Below, one piece after another: positions 37,232 to 45,661 of a stretch of DNA of 64,000 nt; position 1 is the stretch's first letter, and each line of letters begins with the position of its first letter. This DNA is from Thermoanaerobaculia bacterium (lineage in GTDB: Bacteria; Acidobacteriota; Thermoanaerobaculia; UBA5066), in assembly GCA_963816185.1 (NCBI GenBank), contig CAWFJJ010000025.1, forward strand, positions 64,001 to 128,000. Reading direction: 5' to 3'. The notes under the pieces were generated by a model. The model was not told where the DNA came from. It worked only from the letters and a program-made list of their open reading frames with translations, and ran no database searches. The position numbers and the translations under genes were made by a program.

Positions 37232-38983
37232 TCAAAAGCGAATCGCGAGGCCGAAGCGGCCTTCGATGGGCTGGCCCTGTTCGTCCCGCGCCGGACGGAA
37301 CCGGTACTTCGAGAGGGCCTCGAGCGCGAGCGCGTCGCACGCCGGGGAGACGGGCGAGATGACGTGGCGGCTCTTCAGGCTGCCGTCCTCTCCGATGACG
37401 ACCGAGATTCCGACGACCTGGCCGCCGCATTCGCGCTCCTGTGCGGGAGACAGGGCGGTCCTGACTTCCTCCTCGACGTCCGGCCTCGTCACGGCGTGGC
37501 GCGGGACGGGCGGGGGCGCGGCGGTCGGGACTGGCGCACGAGCGGGTCCGCGGATTGGAGCTTCGTGCGCGATACGGACCCGCGCAGGGGCGGTCGGCGC
37601 CGCGCTGGGAAGGGGCGTGGGCACCGTCAGCAGGGCCTCGGGCGGCGGCGCTTGCGCGCGGGTGGGAGCCGCGGTCCGGACGGGCGAGGGAGCCACCGCT
37701 GGGATGGCGGGCCTCGCCTCGGGAACGACAATCGCTGACCTCTCGCGCGTCAGGAAGTAAGCGCCCGCCGCGAGGGCTGCGAGGATCAGGACGCCCGCGC
37801 CGACCGCCGGCCAGAGCCACACGGGTCGCCGCCGCGCGGGAGCGGGAGGCACTGGAGTCGGAGCCGCCGGAATCGAAGGTGCCGGAACCGGAGGCGCCGG
37901 CACCGGCTCCCCCAGAATCGAAGCGATCGCCGCAAGAGTCGCCCGGGACGGCGGCGTGGCCGAAGCGGGGGACCGGGCGAAAGTCGGCTGTGTCGGGGCC
38001 CTCTCTTCCGGAGGCTCGGGCCACGCCTCCGGAGCGGGTCGTACGAGCGGCGGGGCGGGGACGGGCGCCACGGTTGGAGCCGTGGGGGAGACGATCGCGG
38101 CACGCTCGGCGGAGGGGCGCGAGCGCGTCGTCTTCGGGTGGACCTCCGCGAGAAAAGTTTCGAGGTCCTCGCGCATCTCGGCAGCCGACGCATAGCGTTC
38201 TTCCCGATTGCGCGCCAGCGAGCGGTGAACGATGCGTTCGAGTTCGGGGTGAACGTCCGCGCGCCGGCCGGAGAGCGGCGGCGCGTCCTCGGTCAGGCGC
38301 CGCGCGAGGGCCGACATGTTCTCCGTGCGGAAAGGGATGGTTCCCGTGAGCATCTGGTACAGCGTGACGCCGAGCGAGTAGACGTCGGTGCGCCCGTCGA
38401 GCGGCTGGCCCCGGAGCTGCTCGGGCGAAAGGTAGGCAGGCGAGCCGAGGATGAATCCCGTCTGGGTCTTCACGAGGTTGTCGCCCGTCTTCGCGATGCC
38501 GAAGTCCATGAGGAACGGCCGCCCGCGCTTGTCGAGGAGGACGTTGTCGGGCTTGATGTCGCGGTGGATGATCCCGCGCGCGTGGCTGTATTCGAGCGCG
38601 TCCAGAAGCGGAATCACGATCCTCGCGGCGGCTCCCTCGTCGAAGGAGCCCCGGCTCCCGAGCTCGCCCGTGAGCGTCCCCCCTTCCACGAATTGCATCG
38701 AGTACCAGAGCGTGCCCTCGACGTGCCCGAAGTCGTAGATCTTCACGATGCTCGGGTGCTCGAGCGACGCCGCGACGCGCGCCTCCTGGCGGAAACGCTT
38801 CGCGAACTCGGAGTCCTCCACGTGCGTTTCGAGGAGAACTTTCAGGGCCTCGAACCGCTGCAGGCTCGCGCTCCGGACCTGGTACACGGACGCGAACCCG
38901 CCGCGTCCTAGGAAACCGAGAAACTCGTAGCGGCCGGCGAGAAGCTTCTCGACCGCCCGGCCGCGGCCGTCCACGGGCTGCAC
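37232..38983 (-). CDS. Transmembrane Ser/Thr protein kinase with Pro-rich linker and TonB_C-like C-terminus
   Basis: LGRGGFASV, ALK, HRDIKPDN, DFG, YLSPEQ; TM; VVIGEDG..ALEALSKYRFRPARDEQGQPI. Confidence 0.9.
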   Translation of the reverse strand: MQPVDGRGRAVEKLLAGRYEFLGFLGRGGFASVYQVRSASLQRFEALKVLLETHVEDSEFAKRFRQEARVAASLEHPSIVKIYDFGHVEGTLWYSMQFVEGGTLTGELGSRGSFDEGAAARIVIPLLDALEYSHARGIIHRDIKPDNVLLDKRGRPFLMDFGIAKTGDNLVKTQTGFILGSPAYLSPEQLRGQPLDGRTDVYSLGVTLYQMLTGTIPFRTENMSALARRLTEDAPPLSGRRADVHPELERIVHRSLARNREERYASAAEMREDLETFLAEVHPKTTRSRPSAERAAIVSPTAPTVAPVPAPPLVRPAPEAWPEPPEERAPTQPTFARSPASATPPSRATLAAIASILGEPVPAPPVPAPSIPAAPTPVPPAPARRRPVWLWPAVGAGVLILAALAAGAYFLTRERSAIVVPEARPAIPAVAPSPVRTAAPTRAQAPPPEALLTVPTPLPSAAPTAPARVRIAHEAPIRGPARAPVPTAAPPPVPRHAVTRPDVEEEVRTALSPAQERECGGQVVGISVVIGEDGSLKSRHVISPVSPACDALALEALSKYRFRPARDEQGQPIEGRFGLAIRF

Positions 38984-39024
38984 GCCGCATGGTAACGCCT
39001 GAACGGCGGCCGGCGGCTGGGCTC

Positions 39025-39303
39025 TCAGGCGGGCCGGGGCTTACGGAAGCGCGAGAGGTCGACGACGCCGGCGAGCGGTGCGCGCCCGTTGCGTCGTTTT
39101 CCGAAGAACGACGTCGACTCGCGCCGGATGAGGATCGTCACGGCGGCCGCGAGGATCCAGGGCACGAGCATGAAAAGGCCGACGAGAGGCCAGATGTTCG
39201 GATCCTTCGGGGAGGCCGAGGCCGCGCACGCGGGGCACGCGATCGCCCCGCGCCCGAGGAGCACGAGACCTGCGAGGAGGGCGGCGCGAACGGTCGTCTT
39301 CAT
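39025..39303 (-). CDS. Small membrane protein with CxxC, last gene of the oxidase operon
   Basis: MKTTVRAALLAGLVLLGRGAIACPACAAS..TM; GAGG RBS. Confidence 0.65.
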   Translation of the reverse strand: MKTTVRAALLAGLVLLGRGAIACPACAASASPKDPNIWPLVGLFMLVPWILAAAVTILIRRESTSFFGKRRNGRAPLAGVVDLSRFRKPRPA

Positions 39304-39310
39304 GCCGGCC

Positions 39311-39667
39311 TCAGTGATGGACCCACGGCACGGGCACGCCCCGCAGGAGGTTGAACGCATCGAGCAAGAGGAAGACGGCGTAGGAGCCCGCGAGCGGAAG
39401 GGGCAGGAACGCGAGCCACAGGAGCGAGCGCTTTTCGTACTTCAGGTGCATGTAGTAGAGGCCCACGAACGAGGCCTTCGACAGCGCGAGCGCAATCATG
39501 ACGGCCGAGATGATCCGCTTGTCGATCTTCGAGTAGGACACCGCGACCTCGACGATCGTGAGGACGAGGAGCACCCAGAAGATCCGGAAGTAGTCGCGCC
39601 GGTGGTCGGGGGCCCGCTGGACGCCCGCGTCCGCCGCGTGAGGGACCGAGGAGGCATGCTCGCTCAT
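39311..39667 (-). CDS. ctaF: Cytochrome c oxidase subunit IV (caa3-type)
   Basis: YFRIFWVLLVLTIVEV..KASFVGLYYMHLKYE. Confidence 0.88.
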   Translation of the reverse strand: MSEHASSVPHAADAGVQRAPDHRRDYFRIFWVLLVLTIVEVAVSYSKIDKRIISAVMIALALSKASFVGLYYMHLKYEKRSLLWLAFLPLPLAGSYAVFLLLDAFNLLRGVPVPWVHH

Positions 39668-39678
39668 GTCGTTCTCTT

Positions 39679-40293
39679 TCAGGGAATGAGGTAGACGAGG
39701 GTGAAGACGAGGATCCAGATGAGGTCGACGAAGTGCCAGAAGAGGCCCGTGATCTCGACGAAATTGGCGCCGTTCTCGAGGTGCTTGCCCCGCGAGACCC
39801 CGAACGCGGTGATCAGCAGGTAGCACACGCCCGTGAAGACGTGCGCTCCGTGGAAGCTCGTGATGACGTAGAAAGTGGCCGGGAAGTTGCCGGACGGAAG
39901 CGTGAAGCCCTCGTGGATGAGGTGCCGGTATTCGTAGACCTGCCCGCACAGAAAGAAGACGCCGCCGGACGCGGTGGCGAGCAGCCAGCGGACCGCCTGC
40001 TTCACGTTCCGGTGCTGGGCCGCGTCGAGCCCGAGCACCATCGTGAGGCTGCTCACGATGAGCACGAAGGTCATGACCGCCGTGAAGGGAATTCCGAGGA
40101 CGGTCGTGGGCGTGGGCCATTGCTTATTGCCCGCGCGGAGGATTCCGTAGGCGAGGAGCAGCCCGCCGAACGTCATCGCGTCCGTGACGAGGAAGATCCA
40201 CATGCCGACCTTCCCCGTCGTCGCCGGGCCGAACGTGGGCGTCGTCAGGGGAGCCGCAGCGGGGGCGTACGAGGCCTCAGGGCGAGAGCTCAT
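39679..40293 (-). CDS. ctaE: Cytochrome c oxidase subunit III
   Basis: KVGMWIFLVTDAMTF, FYVITSFHGAHV, GLFWHFVDLIW. Confidence 0.92.
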   Translation of the reverse strand: MSSRPEASYAPAAAPLTTPTFGPATTGKVGMWIFLVTDAMTFGGLLLAYGILRAGNKQWPTPTTVLGIPFTAVMTFVLIVSSLTMVLGLDAAQHRNVKQAVRWLLATASGGVFFLCGQVYEYRHLIHEGFTLPSGNFPATFYVITSFHGAHVFTGVCYLLITAFGVSRGKHLENGANFVEITGLFWHFVDLIWILVFTLVYLIP

Positions 40294-40842
40294 TCAGAGT
40301 CCTTCCATGTTCACGAGGAGTCCGGTGTCGCGCATCATCAGGTCGATCTCGTCGGGGGACGGCGCGCCGAGCCGCCGCATCCGACCGCGCGCGTCGAGGA
40401 GCAGAAGCCGTCCCGCGAGGGTGCCGCCCTCCGGCGCTCGAAGCGCCTTCAGCGTAGCGGCCTCGAGGGGCTTGACGTCGCCGCCCGCGAGAGTCCAGCG
40501 CCACGCGCCCGCCCCGGCGCCTTTCGCGAGGGCGGCGAGCGTCGGGCTGGCCGGGGAAGACCGCGTCGTGTCGACGAAGCTGACGAGGTGAACCGCTTCG
40601 CCCGTGTTCCGAACGCGCCGCTGGAGCTTCGCGAGCGGCGACCCGCCTTCCGCGAGCGCGGCGGCCGTCGTGAATTCGGCGACGACGAGGTGCCCGCGGA
40701 GGTCCGTCTCGTGAACGGGCTTGCCGCCCTGGTCGACGAGCGCGAAGGCCGGGAACGAGCCGAGAACGGGCGGCGCGGGCGGCAGCGCTCGCCGGACCGA
40801 CCGCACGAGCGGCAGCGCGAACGCGGCCGCAACGAACAGCAC
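40294..40842 (-). CDS. Degenerate SCO1/SenC-like protein lacking CxxxC (5' end uncertain)
   Basis: PPVLGSFPAFALVDQGGKPV..DLRGHLVVAEF, WTLAGG, LLLLDARGRMR; no Cys in the ORF; the frame stays open upstream (DVAARVTGSKLFW). Confidence 0.7.
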   Translation of the reverse strand: MLFVAAAFALPLVRSVRRALPPAPPVLGSFPAFALVDQGGKPVHETDLRGHLVVAEFTTAAALAEGGSPLAKLQRRVRNTGEAVHLVSFVDTTRSSPASPTLAALAKGAGAGAWRWTLAGGDVKPLEAATLKALRAPEGGTLAGRLLLLDARGRMRRLGAPSPDEIDLMMRDTGLLVNMEGL

Positions 40843-41005
40843 CCAGAACAGCTTGCTCCCCGTGACGCGCGCCGCGACGTCGCTGAAGAATGAAAGACGA
40901 AGAAGAAGAGGATGAATTCTTAGAAAGAGAAGAAGGGGAGGAAGAGGAGAATTCTTTCTTATATGCGGCGGCTGCTGATGCAGCCGCCGATAGTTGAAAA
41001 TCTTC

Positions 41006-41084
41006 TTCCCGAATGGCCGATGTCAAGGGCGCGCTTCGCGCGCCGCGCAGCGGTCGCGGACCCTTGACATCGGTCATTCGGGAA
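41006..41084. repeat. Long inverted repeat / REP- or MITE-like hairpin
   Basis: TTCCCGAATGGCCGATGTCAAGGG (41006-41029) pairs with 41061-41084 at 23/24; internal GGCGCGC-TTC-GCGCGCC hairpin. Confidence 0.8.
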
Positions 41085-41135
41085 ATATCCGGTCTTAGCA
41101 AGATCTTCTTGTCTCCTGTCCTTCTTTCTAAGAAT

Positions 41136-42119
41136 TTAATTCGTCTTGATCTCCGCTGTGGTGACGGGAGCCGCGGCGGCCGCGGCCGCCGCGATGAGGC
41201 GCTCGCGCCGCGCGTCGGCTTCGGGAGTCCCCTTGATGTCGATCAGGGACCTCACGTAGTACGCCATCGCCCAGATGTCGTCGTCGGGCAGCGCGCCTTT
41301 CCACGTGGGCATGGCCGTGCCGCCGATGCCGCAGGCGATCGTGCGGTAGATGTCCTCGAGCGTCTCGCCGGAACGCACGTGGTCGCGCGTGAAGTCCGGC
41401 GGCATGAGCTTGTAGCCGTAGTCGCTGTCCTTCATCTGGGCGTGATAAGCGTCCGGGCGGAGGATCGCCTCGCGGTGGGACAGTGCGAGGCTCGCGGCGT
41501 TGATCGTCTCTTTCGTCTCGTACGCGGGGTGGCATGAGAGGCACTGCGCCAGTCCGTGGTAGACCATCATCCCGCGCGTGACGGCCTCGTCCCGGCGCTC
41601 TTTCCCCCACGGATCGGGGCCGGGCACGATCGGCTCGCCGGGCTTCTTGTCTGCCCACTTCGGCGAGAGCGTCTTGATGTACTGGATGATGTCCATGAGC
41701 TCGCGCTCGGGGACGTCGTTCCAGGGGAGCATCGCGCTGCCGTGGAGCCCCTTCTGGATGATGCGCATGAAGTCTTCGTCGTTCGGAAGCTCGCCGCTCG
41801 CCACCGCCCCGAATTTGAACTCGCCCTGTGTGAAGTTGCGCGGCGGCGGGCGAAGGCCGATCGAGGCGGGCCCTTTCCCGTCGCCATTCACGCCGTGGCA
41901 GGCGGAGCAATACGTCAGGAAGAGATACTTGCCGTTGTTCAGGCGGCGCGCCGAGACCTTCTTCCCGCCGAGGACCATCGATTTTCTGAAGGTTTTGCCG
42001 GGTCCCGAGCAGCCGGTCCCGCCCCCCGCCAGGGCGGCCACCAGCAATGCCGCAGTCGACGCCGCCGCGATCGTCCTCGACGCCGCGACTCCGTCGACTT
42101 TCCTTCGTCCGACCTTCAT
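41136..42119 (-). CDS. Diheme c-type cytochrome, probable lipoprotein
   Basis: CSACHG..PPPRNF..SAMLPW and CLSCH..PPDF..GTAMPTW; GTGC after a hydrophobic stretch. Confidence 0.9.
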   Translation of the reverse strand: MKVGRRKVDGVAASRTIAAASTAALLVAALAGGGTGCSGPGKTFRKSMVLGGKKVSARRLNNGKYLFLTYCSACHGVNGDGKGPASIGLRPPPRNFTQGEFKFGAVASGELPNDEDFMRIIQKGLHGSAMLPWNDVPERELMDIIQYIKTLSPKWADKKPGEPIVPGPDPWGKERRDEAVTRGMMVYHGLAQCLSCHPAYETKETINAASLALSHREAILRPDAYHAQMKDSDYGYKLMPPDFTRDHVRSGETLEDIYRTIACGIGGTAMPTWKGALPDDDIWAMAYYVRSLIDIKGTPEADARRERLIAAAAAAAAPVTTAEIKTN

Positions 42120-42146
42120 AAGAATCTTCTCTTCACTTTCTTCTTT

Positions 42147-42743
42147 CTAGAGCAGATAGACCGTGACGAACATGACGACCCAGACGGCGTCGACGAAGTG
42201 CCAGAACATTGCCGAGAGACGCACGGTGCTCGCCCGGCCCGAGGCCAGGCGCCCCGAGAACGCGCCCGGCAGGAGGACGGCCAGAGCCACCAGGCCCGCG
42301 AGGACGTGGACCGCGTGGAAGACCGTGAGAGAGTAGAAGATCGAACCGTACGTGCCCGAGTCGATCCGGAATCCGGAGCGCCAGAGCGGGACCCACACGG
42401 CGAGCTGCAGCGCGAGGAACAGGCTTCCGAGCGCGAGCGTCCCGAGGAGCGCGCGCCGGAGCGTCCCCGGGTTTTCCTCCGCCTCGGGACGGACGCCGAG
42501 ACGGAGGACGGCGCTCGACGCGAGAAGGACGAGCGTGTTCAGGAAGGGCAGCGCCTTCGGGAGCGGTTGGAGGCCGTCCGGCGGCCAGGCCGGCGCCCGG
42601 AGCCGCAGGACCGCATACGCGAAGAAGAGCGCGACGAAGAGCATCGTCCACGAGGCGAGCGCCATCACCATTCCGACGAACGAGGTTCGCCGGGACTCTT
42701 CGGGCACCGGAAAGCGCGTGACGGACACCGCGGTGCTCATCAA
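42147..42743 (-). CDS. Cytochrome c oxidase subunit III-like (second copy)
   Basis: NTLVLLASS, YGSIFYSLTVFHAVHV, FWHFVDAVW. Confidence 0.88.
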   Translation of the reverse strand: MMSTAVSVTRFPVPEESRRTSFVGMVMALASWTMLFVALFFAYAVLRLRAPAWPPDGLQPLPKALPFLNTLVLLASSAVLRLGVRPEAEENPGTLRRALLGTLALGSLFLALQLAVWVPLWRSGFRIDSGTYGSIFYSLTVFHAVHVLAGLVALAVLLPGAFSGRLASGRASTVRLSAMFWHFVDAVWVVMFVTVYLL

Positions 42744-44551
42744 TTGCCGACGGCACCCAGGGCGACGGGCTCGTCGCCGATCGGCTCGTCCTGCGCGAGC
42801 CAGTCCTTGCCTGCCACCGCCGGGTTATTGAACTCGTGCGGCCCGTGGAGAACGACGGGAATCTCGTCGTAGTTGTGGTGCGGCGGCGGCGAGGGGATCG
42901 TCCACTCGAGCGTACCGACCTCCCACGGGTTCTCCGTCGCTTTCTTTCCGGAAATGAGGCTCGACAGGAAGTTGCCGACGAAGAGGAACTGCGAGGCGCC
43001 CAGGAGAAGCGCCGCGCGGGTCATCCACAAGTTGACCGGGTGAAGGTGCTTGAGGAAATCGTAGGCCTCGTAGTTGTACAGGCGGCGCTGCATGCCACCG
43101 TAGCCCACCACGAGCATTCCGCAGAAGATGACCGTGATCGGGACGATCGTGAGCCAGAAGTGCCACTTGCCGAGCGTTTCGTTCATCATCTTCCCGAACA
43201 TTTTCGGGAACCAGAAGTAGATCGCCGCGAAGGCGCCGAGCAACACGGAGGCCGCCATCGTGAGGTGGAAGTGCCCGACCACGAAGTACGAGTCGTGCAG
43301 GTAGATGTCCGACGAGATCGCGCCGAGGTGGAGGCCCGTGAGGCCGCCGAGGCCGAACACGAAGACGACGCCGAGCGCGAACAGCATCGGCGTCGCGAAG
43401 CGGATCGAGCCGCGCCACATCGTCCCGAGCCAGTTCAGGAAGAACACGGCCGACGGAATCGAGATGAGCATCGTGAGCGTCATGAAGCCTTGCGAGAGGA
43501 GCGGGCTCATGCCGACGACGAACATGTGGTGCCCGTAGACGGCCATCGAGAGGAGCGTGATGACGCTCATGGAGAGAGCCGTCGCCTTGTAGCCGAACGC
43601 GGGCTTTCGCGAGAAGAATGACAGGAGGTCCGAGACGATGCCCCAGGCGGGCAGGATGAGGATGTAGACCTCGGGGTGGCCGAAGATCCAGAAGAGGTGC
43701 TGATAGAGCACCGGGTCGCCTCCGCCCTTCGTGATCGCGGCGCCGGCGAGGAAGAAGTGGCTCCCGAAGACGCGGTCGAGAAAGAGGAGGAGGACGCCCG
43801 CGGCGAGGACCGGCACGAAGAGGGCGTTCAGGATGGCGGTAAGCCAGATGCCCCACACGGAGAGCGGCATCTGGAAGTAGCCCATGCCCGGCGCCCTCAG
43901 GCGCACGACCGTCGTGATGTAGTTGACCGCGCCCATGATCGACGCGCTCCCGGTGAAGAAGATGCCGAGGATCCAGAGCGTCTGACCGTGGCCGGGGGAG
44001 CCCACGAGAGTCGAGAGCGTCGGATACGACTGCCAGCCTCCGGCCGCGGCGCCCATCGGGACGAAGAACGAGACGATCATGCAGGAGCCCGCGACGACGT
44101 TCGTCCAGAACGACATCAGGTTCAACGTCGGGAACGCCATGTCGCGCGCGCCGATCATGAGCGGAATCAGGAGGTTCCCGAACGCGCCGATGAGGATCGG
44201 CGTGATCGCGAAGAAGATCATGAGCGTCCCGTGCATCGTGAAGAACGACGCATAGGACTGCGGGGGCATGACGCCGCCGCTCTGGGGCCACAGGAGCTGG
44301 CCGAGGACGGGGAACGGCGTGCCGGGATAGGCGATCTGCCAGCGGATCATCATCGCCATGGTCCCGCCCACGACGAGGAAGAAGAGGCCGTACCACAGGA
44401 ACTGCTTCGCGATGACCTTGTGGTCCGTCGAGAAGACGTATCTCCTGAGGAACGAGGTCGGCTCCGGGTGGATGTGCTGCTCCGCCCGGAATTCGGGCCC
44501 GACGTGAAGGTGCCGGACGGCGGCCGGTTTGCTCATCGTTGCGTCGCCCAT
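42740..44551 (-). CDS. ctaD: Heme-copper oxidase subunit I, A1-type motif
   Basis: STDHKVI, FTMHGTLM, RDMAFP, FGHPEVYILILP, YGHHMF, LHDSYFVVGHFH, GMQRR. Confidence 0.95.
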   Translation of the reverse strand: MGDATMSKPAAVRHLHVGPEFRAEQHIHPEPTSFLRRYVFSTDHKVIAKQFLWYGLFFLVVGGTMAMMIRWQIAYPGTPFPVLGQLLWPQSGGVMPPQSYASFFTMHGTLMIFFAITPILIGAFGNLLIPLMIGARDMAFPTLNLMSFWTNVVAGSCMIVSFFVPMGAAAGGWQSYPTLSTLVGSPGHGQTLWILGIFFTGSASIMGAVNYITTVVRLRAPGMGYFQMPLSVWGIWLTAILNALFVPVLAAGVLLLFLDRVFGSHFFLAGAAITKGGGDPVLYQHLFWIFGHPEVYILILPAWGIVSDLLSFFSRKPAFGYKATALSMSVITLLSMAVYGHHMFVVGMSPLLSQGFMTLTMLISIPSAVFFLNWLGTMWRGSIRFATPMLFALGVVFVFGLGGLTGLHLGAISSDIYLHDSYFVVGHFHLTMAASVLLGAFAAIYFWFPKMFGKMMNETLGKWHFWLTIVPITVIFCGMLVVGYGGMQRRLYNYEAYDFLKHLHPVNLWMTRAALLLGASQFLFVGNFLSSLISGKKATENPWEVGTLEWTIPSPPPHHNYDEIPVVLHGPHEFNNPAVAGKDWLAQDEPIGDEPVALGAVGN

Positions 44552-44553
44552 CT

Positions 44554-45306
44554 CTACTGCACCCACTCCCATCCCCACAGTTGTTCCTTATCAGCCGGGT
44601 CGAACCGGCGCTGCGCGTCGCCCACGGCCTCCTTCATCCAGCGCTCGAAGTCTGCCTCGGGTTGGGCGATGAGATCGCCCTTCATCTTGTAATGGGCCCA
44701 GCCGCACATCTGCGAGCACGCGATCTCGAAGTTGCCCGGCTTCAGGGCCTGGAACCACGTGCGCGTCACGTAGCCGGGGTTCGCGTCCTGCTTCAGGCGG
44801 AAGTTCGGGATGTAGAAGCTGTGAATGACGTCCTTCGCCTTGAGGTTCAGCATCACGGGCCGTCCGACGGGTATCCGCATCTCGTTCAGCGTGACGACGT
44901 CGTCCGGCGTGTTGAAGACGCCGTCGGGCCCGGCGTAGCGGATGTTCCACGCCCACTGCTGCGGCATCACCTCGATCCTGAGGGTGTCGGGCGAAGTGGG
45001 CCAGTTGTACGTGTACTCCTTCACGTCGATCTGCGAGACCCTCACGAGATTCATGTCGATCGTGACGAAGACGAGGGCGGCCAGGATGCCCGTGACGGCG
45101 AAGCTCTTGCGGTCCGTTCCGTGGGTATAGAGCGCCTTGCCCCCCGGCCGTGCCCGGTACTTCCACGCCGAGTACACGAGCGCGAACGCGACGAGCGCAA
45201 ACGCGATGACGCACAGGAGCGTCGTGTACCAGAAGAGGGCTTCCGCCCGCCAGCCGTCCCGCGAGACGTCGACGGTCGTCAGCCAGGGTAAGGGCCAGTG
45301 GTGCAT
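44554..45306 (-). CDS. ctaC: Cytochrome c oxidase subunit II (CuA)
   Basis: Two TM; QQWAWNIRY, DVIHSF, CSQMCGWAHYKM. Confidence 0.93.
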   Translation of the reverse strand: MHHWPLPWLTTVDVSRDGWRAEALFWYTTLLCVIAFALVAFALVYSAWKYRARPGGKALYTHGTDRKSFAVTGILAALVFVTIDMNLVRVSQIDVKEYTYNWPTSPDTLRIEVMPQQWAWNIRYAGPDGVFNTPDDVVTLNEMRIPVGRPVMLNLKAKDVIHSFYIPNFRLKQDANPGYVTRTWFQALKPGNFEIACSQMCGWAHYKMKGDLIAQPEADFERWMKEAVGDAQRRFDPADKEQLWGWEWVQ

Positions 45307-45339
45307 TTCGTCCCCTCGCTGGGGCGTAACTATAAGGGA

Positions 45340-45401
45340 ACAGAGTCTCAGTTCAAGTCGCCTGCGTCTCGTTCTAGAATCCGGACAGAGTCTCAATTCA
45401 A
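45340..45401. promoter_or_regulatory. 17-bp direct repeat in the divergent promoter of the oxidase operon
   Basis: ACAGAGTCTCAGTTCAA (45340-45356) and ACAGAGTCTCAATTCAA (45385-45401), 16/17 identical. Confidence 0.6.
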
Positions 45402-45416
45402 ACAGGAGGCGAGACG

Positions 45417-45641
45417 ATGAGCGACGAGACGAATCACAAGGGCCACAGGGCGGTGCTGATCTTCCTCTTCGCGCTTCTCGCCTACGCGGCGCTGCCTGTC
45501 TTCGGCGTCGGGTTCTACCGGAACGGCTCGGGCCAGGTCTTCTTCACGCTCTGGTACCTGATCGGCTTCATGATCATCGCGTTCTTCCTGATGCACGAGC
45601 TCATCACGCCGCTGCCGCCGAAGGACACGGGCCGGGGATAG
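45417..45641 (+). CDS. Small two-TM membrane protein divergent from the oxidase operon
   Basis: CAGGAGG RBS; two hydrophobic helices; FFLMHEL. Confidence 0.75.
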   Translation: MSDETNHKGHRAVLIFLFALLAYAALPVFGVGFYRNGSGQVFFTLWYLIGFMIIAFFLMHELITPLPPKDTGRG

Positions 45642-45661
45642 CGGCGCCAGGCGAGGGCGCG

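Noticed and set aside
42740-44551. Oxidase subunit I as a nitric oxide reductase
   Set aside because: The cross-linking Tyr of HPEVY and the D-channel residues are retained, and the NOR-type Glu pattern is not evident
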